From Phyllosticta citribraziliensis (Eukaryota), in the NCBI RefSeq assembly GCF_038025025.1, contig NW_027117348.1, positions 682,001-746,000 of the forward strand: a stretch of 64,000 bases of DNA. Direction: 5' to 3'. Both the position numbers and the translations under genes were made by a program. The first letter of the stretch is position 1. Each line of letters begins with the position of its first letter. Under the pieces are notes generated by a model. That model worked only from the letters and a program-made list of their open reading frames with translations, made no database searches and had not been told where the DNA came from. Positions 11,065 through 24,516 of this stretch are shown piece after piece.

Positions 11065-13756
11065 TTCTTCTGCTGAGACGGGGGTGAGGTGAGGTGAGGT
11101 GACGACACGTCCAGCGCGAAGAAACGGGCGCCGGGAGCCAGGATACGGGCAAATGTTCACCTTAAGCTTCTTCTGATGCTTTGTTCTCCCTTGCTTCTTT
11201 TTCGTCGACGCGGTACTTGTTGTTGAAGAACATGTGAGACGGAGCGTGGCCCCGACGCCCGACGGACTGAGGTGACTGACGACCTGACGACCCCACAGCG
11301 GCCCATTGATCCCCGTCTGTGCCTCCTCAGCGTCAAAGATATGTACCTACGTGAAAAGAATTGTCACTCTGACGAACGCTTCCGACAACCGACAACCGAC
11401 TGATGAATATCTCACACCCACGACTCGCCGCCAGCTCCCTCGACATTGACTCGGCTTGCTCCGGTGTGCCGGCCCTTCTCTTCTCTTCCATCTCTTCCTA
11501 GGTGCTCTGCCGACCGAGAGACAGAGACAGCTCATCATCCCACACGCACCCCACGCCTCTTCATCCCTTTGCAGCCTCCATCCTTCCAAGCCATCCATGC
11601 CACGGAATCCCTCGCCTCGCCAAACGCACCTACCTTTCCTGCACCCTCGGCCCGTTCACGCCATCTCTTCGTTCTCACTATCTCCGCCACGCCACCGCCT
11701 CTCGTCTGGCTTGCCTGGGTGGTTGCGGCCAAGATGGTCCAGCTCATCAGTTCATTGATCCTTCCTTCTCAATTCAAGACCACATCAGGCAGTTGACCAC
11801 CTCACCACACCCTTTTTTTTTTTTTTTTTTTTTCGTCCTTCCTTCTAACCGCCGCTACCTAGCCATTTCTGCTTTTACCCGTCAACCCATCTGCGAGACA
11901 AACGACCACCCAAGATGAAAATTACGCCCCCGCCTCCTCCCTTCCACAATCTCGCAAAACAGCCAGCCAGCCAGCCCGCCGCGAGCGCCCATCAGCAGCT
12001 GCGCAGCGAAGCCAAGCTACCAAGCTACCAAGCTACCAACCAGCCGTCTCTCCAATCAATCGAACTCCAAAACTCCTCCGTGTGCACGGCTACTCCCATC
12101 CATCCGTCCATCCACTCGTGTTCCCCAGATTTTGTATGACTGCTCTGCACGTCTGCACGCCCGGCAACCCGTTTTTTTTTTTTTTTTTTTTTTTCCCTTC
12201 CTCTCTTACCCCAGACGACCGTCCGCGGTGCGAAGCGAGCGACGGACGCCCGAAAATCTTAGCAAACCGAAACCCTCGACACCCACCCCCGACACCCCGC
12301 AAAATCCTCCCCCAGACGCCGCACGACGCACTCGCTGCGCAGCTGCTGTCCTGCTGGTCTGATCTGGGGGAGAGTAAAAAAATTACCCGGCGGGCGGCAC
12401 GGCGCGCTCGACCGACCGACCGAATGGCAGACACGCGAAAAGAAAAGGCGGAGTCGAAGCGAGGGGGATAGAAAGTCTGGGGAAGAAGGGTGTCTGGCTG
12501 GTCTGTTGTGCTGTGGTTGTGCTACTTCGGCGCTGTCGCTGTTGTGCGCGTGCTGAACGCACATTTCACACCAACAGACAGACAGCGTCGACACGACGCA
12601 TGGGTACGTATATGTATGCTTCCCCAGAGTTCTGCGTGAGACACGATCGCGTTGCAGCAGCGGCGGAAGTTAGCCAGAGGTAGGTAGGTAGGTAGTCGGA
12701 AGGCTTGCGACGGTCGCGCGCCTCTGCCATGGCCTTTGCCTCTCCCGTCGCCATGGCCGTCGCCGTCGCACCGGCGCGCCCGTCCGTCCACCTCATCCTT
12801 CGCGCCCCGGCCAGCGCCCTCGCGAAGGAACCGCACCGCACCGCACGCACCGCGCCACGCCACCACAACGAAAACGGCGACTGCTTGACTGACTGAAGAC
12901 CGTTCCCGAGGAGTGTCGTCTTTCTCCCAGTGCTCGCGTGCCACATGACTTGCGTGCGCGCTGATTGGTCGGCGCGCATCTCTCCTGTGTGTGCGCTACG
13001 CTGCGGCTGTTCCGACACGGACGACGAGCGGGCGGGCGGTGTGCGCTGGACGCGTCTGTAGCTAGGAGAATTGGTTGGTTAGTTGGTTGGTCCGGTGTGG
13101 CGGACCGGGACCGGGACCGGGAGCGTTTGCGGACGCGGATGCGGGGGAGACAGGTTAGTGGGAAGGTAGGTCACTAGCTACTTGCAGACAAGTGTGTGCG
13201 GGGGAAAGGGGGGAGAAGAGGGAGCGGTTTGATGTGACGACAGAGGTGAGCTGCTGGGATGGATCGAGGCACGTAGGAGGGGAGTGAGCGAAGAGGGAGA
13301 GAATTGGTGATTGGATGTTGAGTTGCTGCTGCGGTGGGCTGATGGTGCTCACGCACACCTTTCTTTCGCACAACACAAACATCTTTTCTCTTCGTCATAC
13401 TTCAAAGTCGCTCCCCCCCCCCCCCCCCCTTCCTTGCGCCTGTTGTTTAATTATCATCTCCTCCTCCATCCGCACGCACATCCCGACCCCATCCCACATC
13501 CCACATCCCACGCCCGCCTTCCCGCTAGACCGACTCGACTCGACCTGACCTGACCGCCTTGTTGGTCTCGTCTCCGACGTAACGTGTCTGCCCAGCATCT
13601 TCCCAGGCATGGCCAAGTCACCGCAAATGATTCATTTCGCACTCGTGGACAGCGCATCGCTTCTTTCCAGCTCAACTCAGCTCATGCATGCGAGGACGCG
13701 CGCTGGCCTTTATCTCATTCTTCCCGCATCGAACCGGCGAAACGGGTTCGGGTCTA

Positions 13757-13875
13757 GGAACGGGTACGGGTACGGGTACGCGTCTGGATCCGGCATTGTG
13801 GGTTGACGGCAGTCCGCCAACCAGCATGGTAGCCAGTCTTCTTCTTCTTCTTCTTCTTCTTCTTCTTCGTCGTCG
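13757..13875. repeat. Simple repeats (GGGTAC)3 and (CTT)n
   Basis: Read directly: cgggtacgggtacgggtacg, then about 10 copies of ctt. Confidence 0.85.
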
Positions 13876-16800
13876 TTGACGCGAATGGCCGTCATTGACT
13901 AAGGGCGCTGTTTGGCATCCTTCCCTACTCTTAACAGCTCCCCTCCAGTCTGTAGAAAGATGGGGCACACCACATAGACAGGGAGAAAAAAAAAAGAAAA
14001 AAAAAAGAAAAGAAAACAGATCAAGCGCGCGAATGCTCCTTGACGCGACACGGTGACGGCGCAGTCGAGAGTTGGCTCCAGACCGATGCAAGGATTTGCT
14101 GATGTCGACTTCTGCTGTAGAAAACATCGTGAGGTTGGGCGGAGCAGTGAGGTCTTTATACTCGTCGCCTCATCGCAAACGGCCGTGGTCGCGCATGTGT
14201 AGGAGTTGTAGGACAAGTTCTGCACAGGCTCTTGCTTCTGAAGTCTGCCGTACATGGCATGTGCCCTTTGAAAGTTGGTGTGAGAGAGTAGGTATAAAGG
14301 CGCCGCTCCTCTCCTCAATGGTTCTGCTATCCATCGCACAAACGTAGGCGGTTATTGCAAACACGCGGCATACCCCTACCAACTGTGCTGTCTCTTCTTT
14401 CTCCCCGTCAGCTTCTTCACTATTGTGTCTCTGCTTGCATTGCTTATCTACTCCTCTTTCTTAGTTAATCCGTTTATGGCGGTCGCTTACCTCCGTCATT
14501 TTCAAATGATGGTGAAGCTAGAACGCTAAAAGAAAGAAGTGGAGCGAGTGAAAAATGTGGCAAAAGAAAGTCAGGAGCCGCGATATAATGTCACCATAAC
14601 TGTCGCAGCCACTGAGTACGTCATGGCCTATTTTGGCTTCAGTGACACTGATTGATGCGCAAACTCCTTCTGACGTTGGCGGAAGAAGGGTAGAGGGGGC
14701 TTTTATACTCGCCTTAGCTTACACATGGAGATTATAGTGAGTAAGGCAGAGCGTGACCATCACGCGCGCTGAAGCGCTGCATGTGAGCGGTAGAAGGGTA
14801 TAAAGGCTGGCCTTTCCCTCCTCCGTCATGCTTCCTCGTCACTATAGCTGTTGGCCTCCTTTATAAGAAAAAAGGCCTGCAGAGGATCAGGAGCATTTCT
14901 GCGGGCTACTAGACCTCGATCAATACCAAGCACACACTCTGCCTTTGGCTTTGTCTGCTTCTCTTATGTGGCTAATGTTTCTACCACCATCTAATAATTT
15001 CTAGCAATATTGCTGCTAAATGCTAGAGCAGCGCAAAGTTGAACCATGCTGTTTATCAACATTGTCGCCTGTTAATCGCACTGGCTGCTCCCTAGTCACT
15101 ACTATACTCTAGGGAGATAAGCAACAGCGCAAAAGTTGCGACGCAGCAAAGTAGAAAATAGGACACAGTCTATGACCTTCCTTAGTATCCCTATATTGGC
15201 CACCAAGTTGAAATGCCGGCATGTTGGGGCTGATGCTGGGTCTATGCTGCTTTAGTGAGTGGATGAGAAAGGGCGGCGGGAGACGGCGCTGCTTTTGTAT
15301 CTGGCCTTGCCTAGCCTTGCCTGGCCTCGCACAGTCAAGTCACGCACGCGTAAGATCATGCGGTACCTTCCCATGTAGAAGCAATGGAGGTATAAATTCT
15401 CAGCCATGTTACAGCTTCAACTACAATTGTGCGGCGCACCATCCTGGTCATTTCATTCGCTCTCTCCTGAACAGGAGATTCGCGGTCTTAAGACTGTTGT
15501 TCTGTCTGTTTCTTCTCCTTTCTTCTTTGAAACTTTGGCTTAGCTCAGTTCTTGTGGTTCTCTTAACGTTTTCTATCGACGCCGCAGAATGCTGAAACGG
15601 CGCAGAAGCAAGCGGTGCTGTTGTTAGATGTCACCACGTTCTGCTGTCTGCTGCTTTCATCGTTTTTAATTGCGAGTGCTAGAGGGACAGGCAAATTCGA
15701 AGAAGGAAAGAAATGCCGCACTGCAGAGGAGAAAGAATTCATTCCCCTTTCTTTGCGAATATCCAAAAGGCTCCAATCGAAACTTTTCGTTCTATTCCAC
15801 CATCTTCGCTGGGGACACTTTGAGAAGACACAGTTCGAGAGCATTCCCATTGCGTGGCCACTCGCTCCTCGCTCTTTCTAGAGCTTTACATCAAAGTCCC
15901 GACTGTTCCACAACTCGACGCACAAGCAAGGACCACGAGAAAAGCACAGTCGCTCGACATGAAGTGTAGCGCGAACGCAATCACTCTTGTCACAAAATCA
16001 CGAATTCAGATTCCCGAAGCACAGCTCTTGATCACTTTCGCAGTACGTTGTCGTCCTTGTGAGTTTTGTACTTCCCAGCAGAGACAAAGGTTTTCGCAGC
16101 GCAGTAGACCACGAGGTCGGGAGATACGGCCCTGTAGTGAAAATTGGTCGTGCTGTGCGATTGGACCCGACCGCTGTCAGTGTCTGCGCCCCATTGACGG
16201 CCACGCCGGGCAAGACGGCTAGCCAGCGGATACATGGCGGCCGGATCACCTGGCCATGAGATATCTCATGCAAGTTGGACTTGCGGGGAAAGTATTGAGT
16301 TCCCAACTTGGAGGATGTGGACTTCCTCACTCACCACTCCTCCCAATCGTTAGTCGAAGGAGCGTCGCAAGCGGAAGAATGGGTCACTTAGAGACTGCTG
16401 AGCACTAGGCATATAGGCGTGGTCTTTCCTAACTCCTGAGAGGAATCGCTTAGTCCGAGAAGAACTCAGTAATGATGCAGCGAAAACACGACCGTCAACT
16501 TTGCGGTCTGTGAGCATTTTGGAGACATGCCATCATAACGAAATCTCTCAATTTAAACCGGTTTGCCTCAGCTGCGCTTCTCTTCTCAGCTGCGCACGCT
16601 TTGACGAGAGGGTGCTGAGGAGGAGCAAAATTTGGGCTCAATGCAGTTTCGTCGGCTGCCGTCGATCCGTAATCTGAGCTGACGGAGTTAGTGACAGAAA
16701 TTCTGCAGCACACCTTGGGTTGCTCAGATTGAGCCATGCGGGCGCCCATCTAGCGTCATTAGCTCCTGTGGCCGGAGGGCGACGAGTTCGAGCTGGGCTG

Positions 16801-18809
16801 CGGACAAGGTCGGGAAGAGGTTTGTGACCCGGGCCTCTTCCATTCTCTCATTTTCAGCAGTCCAGAATATTGCGGCGAAGTGCCAGGGAACTGTTTCCAG
16901 AGCAGACCATCTTCTTCACGGATAGGTTCCATTAAGACAGCCTGTAGAGTGTGCAAGCGCCCCTTGTCAATCATACCGCGAAAGGGTCGAGGGGGACTGG
17001 GTTACTTGCATGGTTTAGGACGAGCCTGAGCCTGAATATCCAAAGCCTTTGGACGGTGATAGGCGAACAACGGCAGTGTTGAAAGCAGATTGAGCACCTG
17101 CCATTTTGGGAAGTCGACTTGCCGAAATAGGCAGTCATTCGACCGACTGGTGGCCAATCAGGTGCGCCAGAAGGACATACAGCTGCCGCCATTGTTTAAT
17201 AATCACACTTTCGCTAGAATCAGGAGAAGGAACAATGGGAATCACATCTGGAGTTTCTCGGCGAGGCAAGATCGCCGTTAATGAATGTTGTGCTTCCTCA
17301 TTCACACTTTGCCAACACTGGAAGCCCAAAATGTCTTCCAGATGTGACGACCTTGAAGAAGTGCAGGAGGGTACACGCTCGGAGCTTAAGTGACGCACGT
17401 TATTCTGATGCTTTTGCTTCCAAGCTGCGCAAGAGAGACCACGCTCTTCTTTGAAGCTTCAAATTCCACAGCCCGGCTGCAAAGGAAAAAATGTCCATCG
17501 TTCGTCCGCGGAGGACAATTTGGAATCATCGAAGAGATTACGGCGTGATTTCCTTCTTGTGCTCGTTCAATGCAACTTGTTAGTGGCTACTAATGTGCGC
17601 TTGCAGTAGTCGACGCCGTCAAAAAGAAGCGATGGCTCCTTGGATGATGAACTGTCGGTCAGCCATGACATGCGAAGAGTTCGACAGGGAGGGATCCGAC
17701 GAGCGCGTTCAGTGTACACATTGCCGTTCAGGATCCAGATTGTAGAGGACACAGATGCCTACCTTTGTACTCAACATCAACTCCTAGAGAAGACGCGCCT
17801 TCAAACACGCCAGCAATGTCAACCGCTCAAAACCATGCACGCGCATCACTGACAACCGACTGCGCAACCGACTGCGCATACATACGCGCATGCCATCCTC
17901 ACCGCTGTCAAAATCGCCCACCAATCCGCTCCCTCCGCGCATGAGCACGTGGACCTGACAGACCCAGCCCGTCATCCTCAACGCCGCGTCTTGGCCCTGC
18001 CGGCCACGCAGGGAAACGCATCCCTGACGCACCGCCCCAGCGGTTGCATGGTGCCGAAGCTAGTTTGCGTTTGTCTCGGAAGACATACAGGCAGACGGAC
18101 TGGTGGTTGGGTGGGTAACCTGAGGTAGGGTTGGTAGGCAAGTGCCGGTCGGGTCGGTCGGCGGGCAGATACCTTGGAACGGCTGGCGGTTGATCCCGCG
18201 CTCGCCCGTCCGTCCACCCGCTGCGCCCGTTGCTGGTCGCGGCAGGCGGCAGAATAAACGTCTGCGAATGGGAGCGCGCAGTGTGAAAAGGGAAGGCTGG
18301 CGAGCTCACCTGATCCGTTGATTTCCGTCGTGTCTGGGCTGGGCGACATAATAAGCGTGAAGTGACGCTTCTCGGTTACGCAAGCTTCTTCGATCCAAGG
18401 CTGTCGGATACACGATGGACAGGCGCGTCTGTGGCCGCCGTTGATGATGACGAGGGCTATGCTCAGAAAGGCAGGTGCGAGGCTTCAGTGACGTTGATGA
18501 CCCATGAGAAACTGGCATGACTTCTTGAGCCAAGTTGACGTTGAGCTAACTCAAGCCGGATGGTGAGGCGGTTTCTCGGCAATCAGCCGTGGCATCGTGG
18601 GAAGTTGCGAGCGAAGGACCAAGATTCAAATGAGGACATTGACTAAAATGTATTGCATCACTAGTAATTACAGTGATTTCGACAAAAAGGAAAACCCCAT
18701 TAGTCCTTCAACGGCAGCTGGACATGACCTCGTGATGAACACCGTCTCGCCTCTCATCAAGTCGCAGCAATCTTCAGATGAAATGAAATTTACACGCGCA
18801 GCAACGCTT

Positions 18810-19625
18810 TTACAACTCGTTCGTCGGCTCGGTTCCGGGGAACTTGCGCGCAAACGAAACCAGCGTGATAACCTGGTCGACCTGCAGCGTGTTCGGATTG
18901 ACTCCAGGGTTGACAGCGCGGATTGCACCTTCCGAGCTGCGGTACCTCCGGCCAAGGATGTAAAAGGTGTCTCCCGCTTTGATCTTGTACGGTGTCAAAT
19001 CGGCCGAACTGTTGTCGCAGATTGGTATGTTGACCACTTGACCAATGTTGACAACGTCTGGGTTTGGAATGTTCGCCTTATTGGCTCCTGTGAGGGCATC
19101 CAATGTGATGTTGAAAGCTCGCGCGAGTGCTCCGAGAGTGTCCCCTGATTGGATGATGTAGAAGCCAGGGCCTCCGTTGATGCAAGTCGCGGTGGGAACG
19201 ACCGTGGAGATACAAGAAGTGCTGTCAGGGAAGCAGACCTGAGGGGGGATAATAAGGGTAGCACCAGCCAAAATGTAATCCGGGTTACTGATGTTGTTAA
19301 ACTTGGCAATGTCGCAAATGCCACGGTTGAACTTCTCCGCGATCTTCGTGAGAGTGTCGCCTTGTGGGATCACATAGGTTTGCGTGGTGGTATCGAGAGT
19401 GATGGAGCCGTTGCAAACTGGTGTCGATGATGTGTCAATAGCGATGGTCAAGTCGAAGGATGTCGTGGAGACCTCACGTTCTCGAGTCTCCAAGTTATTG
19501 ATCAGGGCTCGCTTTCCAAGACGTCCGACGACGTTCAAATCAGCAGCATCGGGATATGCCTCAGGCATCGCAGCAGCGAAGCCGAGGAGGGATGCTCCGG
19601 CAGCCACAAGAGTGATGAGACGCAT
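18810..19625 (-). CDS. Secreted 3xLysM chitin-binding protein (Ecp6/Slp1-like effector)
   Basis: Signal peptide MRLITLVAAGASLLGFAAA and a KR site, then three LysM motifs: YVIPQGDTLTKIA...NPDYILAGATLIIP, YIIQSGDTLGALA...NPDVVNIGQVVNIP and YKIKAGDTFYILG...NPNTLQVDQVITL. Intronless. Confidence 0.92.
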   Translation of the reverse strand: MRLITLVAAGASLLGFAAAMPEAYPDAADLNVVGRLGKRALINNLETREREVSTTSFDLTIAIDTSSTPVCNGSITLDTTTQTYVIPQGDTLTKIAEKFNRGICDIAKFNNISNPDYILAGATLIIPPQVCFPDSTSCISTVVPTATCINGGPGFYIIQSGDTLGALARAFNITLDALTGANKANIPNPDVVNIGQVVNIPICDNSSADLTPYKIKAGDTFYILGRRYRSSEGAIRAVNPGVNPNTLQVDQVITLVSFARKFPGTEPTNEL

Positions 19626-21859
19626 GTCGAAAACGTTCTTGTTTTTGCAGTACCTCTAAGATGTCGTTGGAGACGGTATTGGGGAGTCTGTCGGGATAAA
19701 GGGCGGCTAACGACGAAATAAAGACGGCACAAGTTACTCTTTAAAGAGCGGTGACATGGAGAGGGGCAAGCTCCCTTCCAAGCCTGGGCAGCTCAATGAA
19801 ACTCAGAATCAAGCGCAACCTTAACGCTGCTCGCAAAGCTCGCCATTCGATGTCCGATATTTGCCGTTGTGGAGCGTCTTGGTATTTTTGGGGACTCATG
19901 AGTGGTGGCGGCGGTTTGGGTTTACTCGGAAACGCTGCTGTCAAGGAAGTGAATAGCCGTAAACTCTATTTCAAACAAGGTGACTCGACACCTCTGAACC
20001 CTCCCCGCGTACCTGCATGCACGTACGTCATGGCTTTCCCTGAATGCCTTGGGCTACACAGGGCTGACAACGGGTGACGACGTTGGAAAAGGGTCTGCTG
20101 CCGGTTCGTTTTGCTGATGATCGTGCCTCGCGACCAAAGGTAGAGCGTAGAGCTGGAAGGGAAAATAGTCGAGCGCTAGCAGGCATAAACTAGCCATCCC
20201 GACCTGAATCGACAACAGGTACCAGGGGAAATTAAAGCTCGAGGCCCTTCTGCTAGGGCTCCCCGCCATCGATCCCAGAGTCGAGAATCTGAAATCTGGA
20301 CGGATTACCACCTTTGTCAACTGCCGACTGCCAACCCACGATGTATTCGGCGGCGAGTTTCGTAGCATGGCATTCTCATGACGCGCATTTGACTTGCTGA
20401 TCTGCGTCTTGTCGATCTCTGAGCCGCTGTCATGGGCGCTCATGATTGAAGCGCTTCGAATGGCTGACTGAATATTTCAAAATATGCGTCTTTTTGCGTG
20501 GTGGCATCTGCGACTGCAGCAACATCCTGGGGCAACAAGGCAGATCGCCACGTGTGCCTGATTTTCTTGACCGAATCTGCAATGATGCAGCGCAGACTGC
20601 TGTCCGGGACAAAGGGTAAATGGGTGGAATACGACGACGAAATTTCCTGTTGTGAGGCGCTCTGCGACTTTGAAAGGAGCGGTCCGAATCCTGCAGATGG
20701 TGTTGGCATGGACGACAGGCAAACTTTGCCTGTTGTTGAAGAGAAGCTCGATCCTTGCGGGGTTTCCTTGCTGCGACTGTTGGCACGGCCAAGCATCTTC
20801 TTACGGGGAAAATGCGCCTTGGCAAATGACTGGCACTTGGATGGTATGTCGCGGTGAAGAGTCGTATGACAAAATTTTGAGCATTCGCTTGTCTAGGCCG
20901 ATTGGCAAACTACGTCCAGTTTGCCGGACGGATTGCTTTTTCAGCTCGATTCAACCGAATGGACGCGAATCGTCGAGCGATGCATGCAGCAATGGTGTGC
21001 CACTCCTTGCGCTGAAAGAGTAAGAGGTATCATCTGTCGCGACAGTCACAGGAATGGGGAGACAAGAGACCGACACAGTATTAGCCGTCAAAGAACGAAT
21101 TACCGAGTAATCAGCCTTGTAAAGGCGCTGGCAGTGGCTGTGAATCCAATTCCTCGGTGTGCTTCACTCGTATTCTCGGACGCCGCCACTGAACACCGCA
21201 GAAAGTACCCACTTAGGGATAGGCTCTGCCAAAGCAAAATTTGGCGGAAGCGCGGAAGATTCAAGCAGGCCCAACGTGGGCAGAAGTGAGGGTAAGGTTT
21301 TGTTCAAACCATGTTTTCCCGCGCAAGTTGTTGTTTTGAAAGCGGCAGAGAGGTACGGCCCGACAGGCGGTATTCGCCATCAGATGACTTGTAGAGACGA
21401 TTCGGTGAAGGTTGATCATGCGATGAAGTGATCCAGGGCGTAGGCGCGACGAGGTGGATGGGGATGAGAAGAGAGAGCAAGCGGACAGACTGCGGAGTGA
21501 ATCGTCAGATCAGGACAGCAAAGGATGTCGACATCTCGACGAGGTTCCTTGAGGGTTGTCTTCGTCGTGGCAGCCGGACGGCATAGCGGTACCGTTCACG
21601 CGCTCATGAAGTTGTGGCGTCCATGAGAGGGGGCTGGCGCAGCACTCAAAACAAGGTTCTGAGCCCAGGCCTCGCCTGCAGCCCCCTACAGCTGCGATTG
21701 GTCGGAGCTCGGCACTGGAAGTCACGCTAGCCCAATTCGGAAACGCCCCCGATTTCACGCCCCCTCGCAGCAAGCTCCGCAGAGGACAACACTTGGTCAA
21801 AACAACGCGCAGCAGCAAAAGAATGCATGAAAAAGGCAAAAAGAATTTGGATTCTTACG

Positions 21860-21961
21860 CGACACCTGAGAGATTCGAACTCTCGCTCCCGAAGGAACTG
21901 GCTTGATTACAACCGGATGGATGGTAGCAGGCCAGCGCGTTAACCACTCCGCCAAAGTGCC
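21860..21961 (-). tRNA. tRNA-Ser(GCT) with ~21-nt intron
   Basis: Reverse complement reads GGCACTTTGGCGGAGTGGTTAACGCGCTGGCCT-GCT-A[intron]AGCCAGTTCCTTCGGGAGCGAGAGTTCGAATCTCTCAGGTGTCG. It has a long variable arm, A and B boxes, and a downstream T-run terminator. Confidence 0.95.
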
Positions 21962-24516
21962 GAAGTGTGCTATTGTTGAAATCGAGGTGGAAGTCAAAAA
22001 ATATAAAGTGCATAAAGTTGCAAGCCCGATGACCCAGCAAACCGCCAACGACGCGAATACTGGAAACACACTGCAAACTATAGATGGACATGATAATTAC
22101 ACGGTCGGAGAGAAAGTTTCGTTGCTATTCGTGGGAGTTTTCGAGCAACATTTGGAGAACAACGCCGAAGCCATTCCCAACACCTTTACCCCGGATTCTT
22201 GGCTTGCAACCTGCTCATGCGGTAGGCAGATCCAGCAGCATGGTTGCAGTAACAAGGATCTGACGAATGACTCGATGGGTCGAGGAAAAGCCGGTGGCTG
22301 GCGATAACTCGGTGTCGACAGACGAAGCGATGAGCGAAGACGATAGATTGTCGGCTGGCAACAGCTCCCCAGCGAGCGAGTTTGAGCAGCATTTCGTTTG
22401 CGACAGCTTGATCATGACGTCGAGCGACGCAAATGTTCCAGAAAACTGCGCAATAAGAGTAATTGAAATGTTTCACTTTGCCACCCGCGAAGGCCACCAC
22501 GGTGACTGCAAACGGACGGCAGCAGACATGCTTGCACACTGCATCCCTTCGTCCTCGCAAAATCCTGCGCAAGAAGTCATGGCCATGCGGCACAACAGCT
22601 GACACTAATCAGCAACGTCAGAGGTTTGCAAACAGCGAAATGGCGGATGGCAGATTCCTCAAGATGTGGCAGAGCGTTGGCCGCTAGTCTTTGAGTTGAA
22701 AGTCGGAAAAGTTCCACGTGCATTGCAGAATAGCACCTTCTCATGACTCTCAGCAGCTGTTAAATTGGTCGCACACTCAAACTGCAGATGCCGAGACCAG
22801 TATTCCGCAACAGAATTAAATCAGGCCAATAAACACTTGTCAAGCGGCGACTCCTGCCGTGCCGACAAGAAAGGTTGAAAGATCGCGTTCCCCGTGGAGA
22901 AGCAATGAGGTCGAAGCCCGGTTCGAAAATTTTAAAGCGCAGCAATAAGTTGAGAGTGCCAGGGAAAATAATGATGCGGACGAGAAGCTTTCGATCACCC
23001 GCGTGGGTGGTGATGGAGACGGCACGGGCTGGGTTGGGTTTGGGTCAAGGAAGTGACGGCCTTGGACCTCGCTTAGCGACCAAGCGACCGGCTTCGACAG
23101 GACCCCTGCCCGGACGCCAACTCTCAACTGCACACCCGAACAACTTCGCAACCTCAACACCAGCCTCACAGATTTCCTCCAACGGCAAGGACGAGGCTTG
23201 AAAGACAGCGGTTCCGATGAGGGTCGGCTGCTGCGTTTGACTGAGTCCTCCTTGCACGATACCCACTCCGCGATTGACGAGACGAGAACGACCTTCCGAC
23301 ACTCTTTTCCCACAGGGCTCAGTTTAAGCGACTTGGCCTCAATAGTCCTTCGAAGGATTCAGGGCATGGATGACGGCTATGGCGTCCATCGCCCAACAGC
23401 CACATTGGCCGGCCTCAGCTGGAGTAGCCTCGGCGACCAGCTGTTTCTCAGCCCCGTCGACAGCGGATTTCAAAATCAAGTCTGTTCCATCATTGCGGCC
23501 GAAGATTGCACCTTTGGAAATAGCGTCCCCGAATTCACCTTATTCGTAATGGCCTGCAACTCGTCAGTTCCACTCTGTCGACGACTTGGACTTGTCTCTA
23601 GGAACTGCCCCAATCGGAATCGTCAAGAAAGCCGCGATACCGACCTTGAGCGTTTCCAACACCTCCCATGTTCTCTAGTGCAACGAGAAATTGCCGGTTG
23701 AAGGAGCACTTCCTCCGCTTCGAAATGACTAGCGCATGTCAAGGGTCCAGCCAGTTTCTTCACGATTCCGGGCGTGACCTTTCTTGGCCGTTTGCAGCAG
23801 TAGATCTCCGTCTACATATAGGGCCAGAACATTACAACACACCAAGATGTAAGAGATTGGGAGCAGTAAGACCAAGGGAAAGAGAGACTCTCTCTTGAGT
23901 GGCATGGTGAAATGAAAGATAGTAACGTTTGACCGGAAAATAGAGATCAAAATGAGCACCGGTTCGACTTGCGTCAAAGTGGAGGCGGGCCCGTCCCCAG
24001 ATTTCCTGCGGATGAAGTGCTCCGCAGGAGTAACATTGGGAGGAGCGGAACATAGAAAAGGTTCTTCAGGAGCTGCAGGATAAGAGCTGGGCAACCGAGT
24101 CCCGTGGCATCAATCTTCAAATCATCCATCTCCCAGACTTCGCGAAATGTCGGCGATTGGTACTCTATTCCACTTTTGGAAAATGATTCTGCTGTGGGGT
24201 ACTAATGCTCACACTAGTTTCCAACCTGGCCAATCACCGCGGACATGTCTGAAAAAGGCGACGGTACTCTACTCCGCACTATTCCCCGATTCCAGCCTGA
24301 TATTTGTACGAGGCTGGACCTCGTGCTGGCTTTCCCTCGGCCCTCTGTTTGGCTCCTTTCCATCATCGGGACAGTCGGATCGACAAAGGGTCTAGAGGCA
24401 CGTCGATGGGTGGCTATGTCAGGGTCCCACATCCAAGACAGGTGCCATCTCTCTATTGAATAAGTAGAGTAGCGGCTCGCATACCCTCCTTGCTGCTCTT
24501 TTTGCAACGCGTCACC

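Noticed and set aside
15221..17850. Fragmentary ORFs that might be a decayed gene or transposon
   Set aside because: No transposase, RT or other motif is recognisable; a tblastx search would be needed.
20054..24100. Short ORFs flanking tRNA-Ser (e.g. 20498-20857, 22267-22602, 23198-23701)
   Set aside because: Possibly pseudogene debris, but no identifiable family or coherent exon chain.
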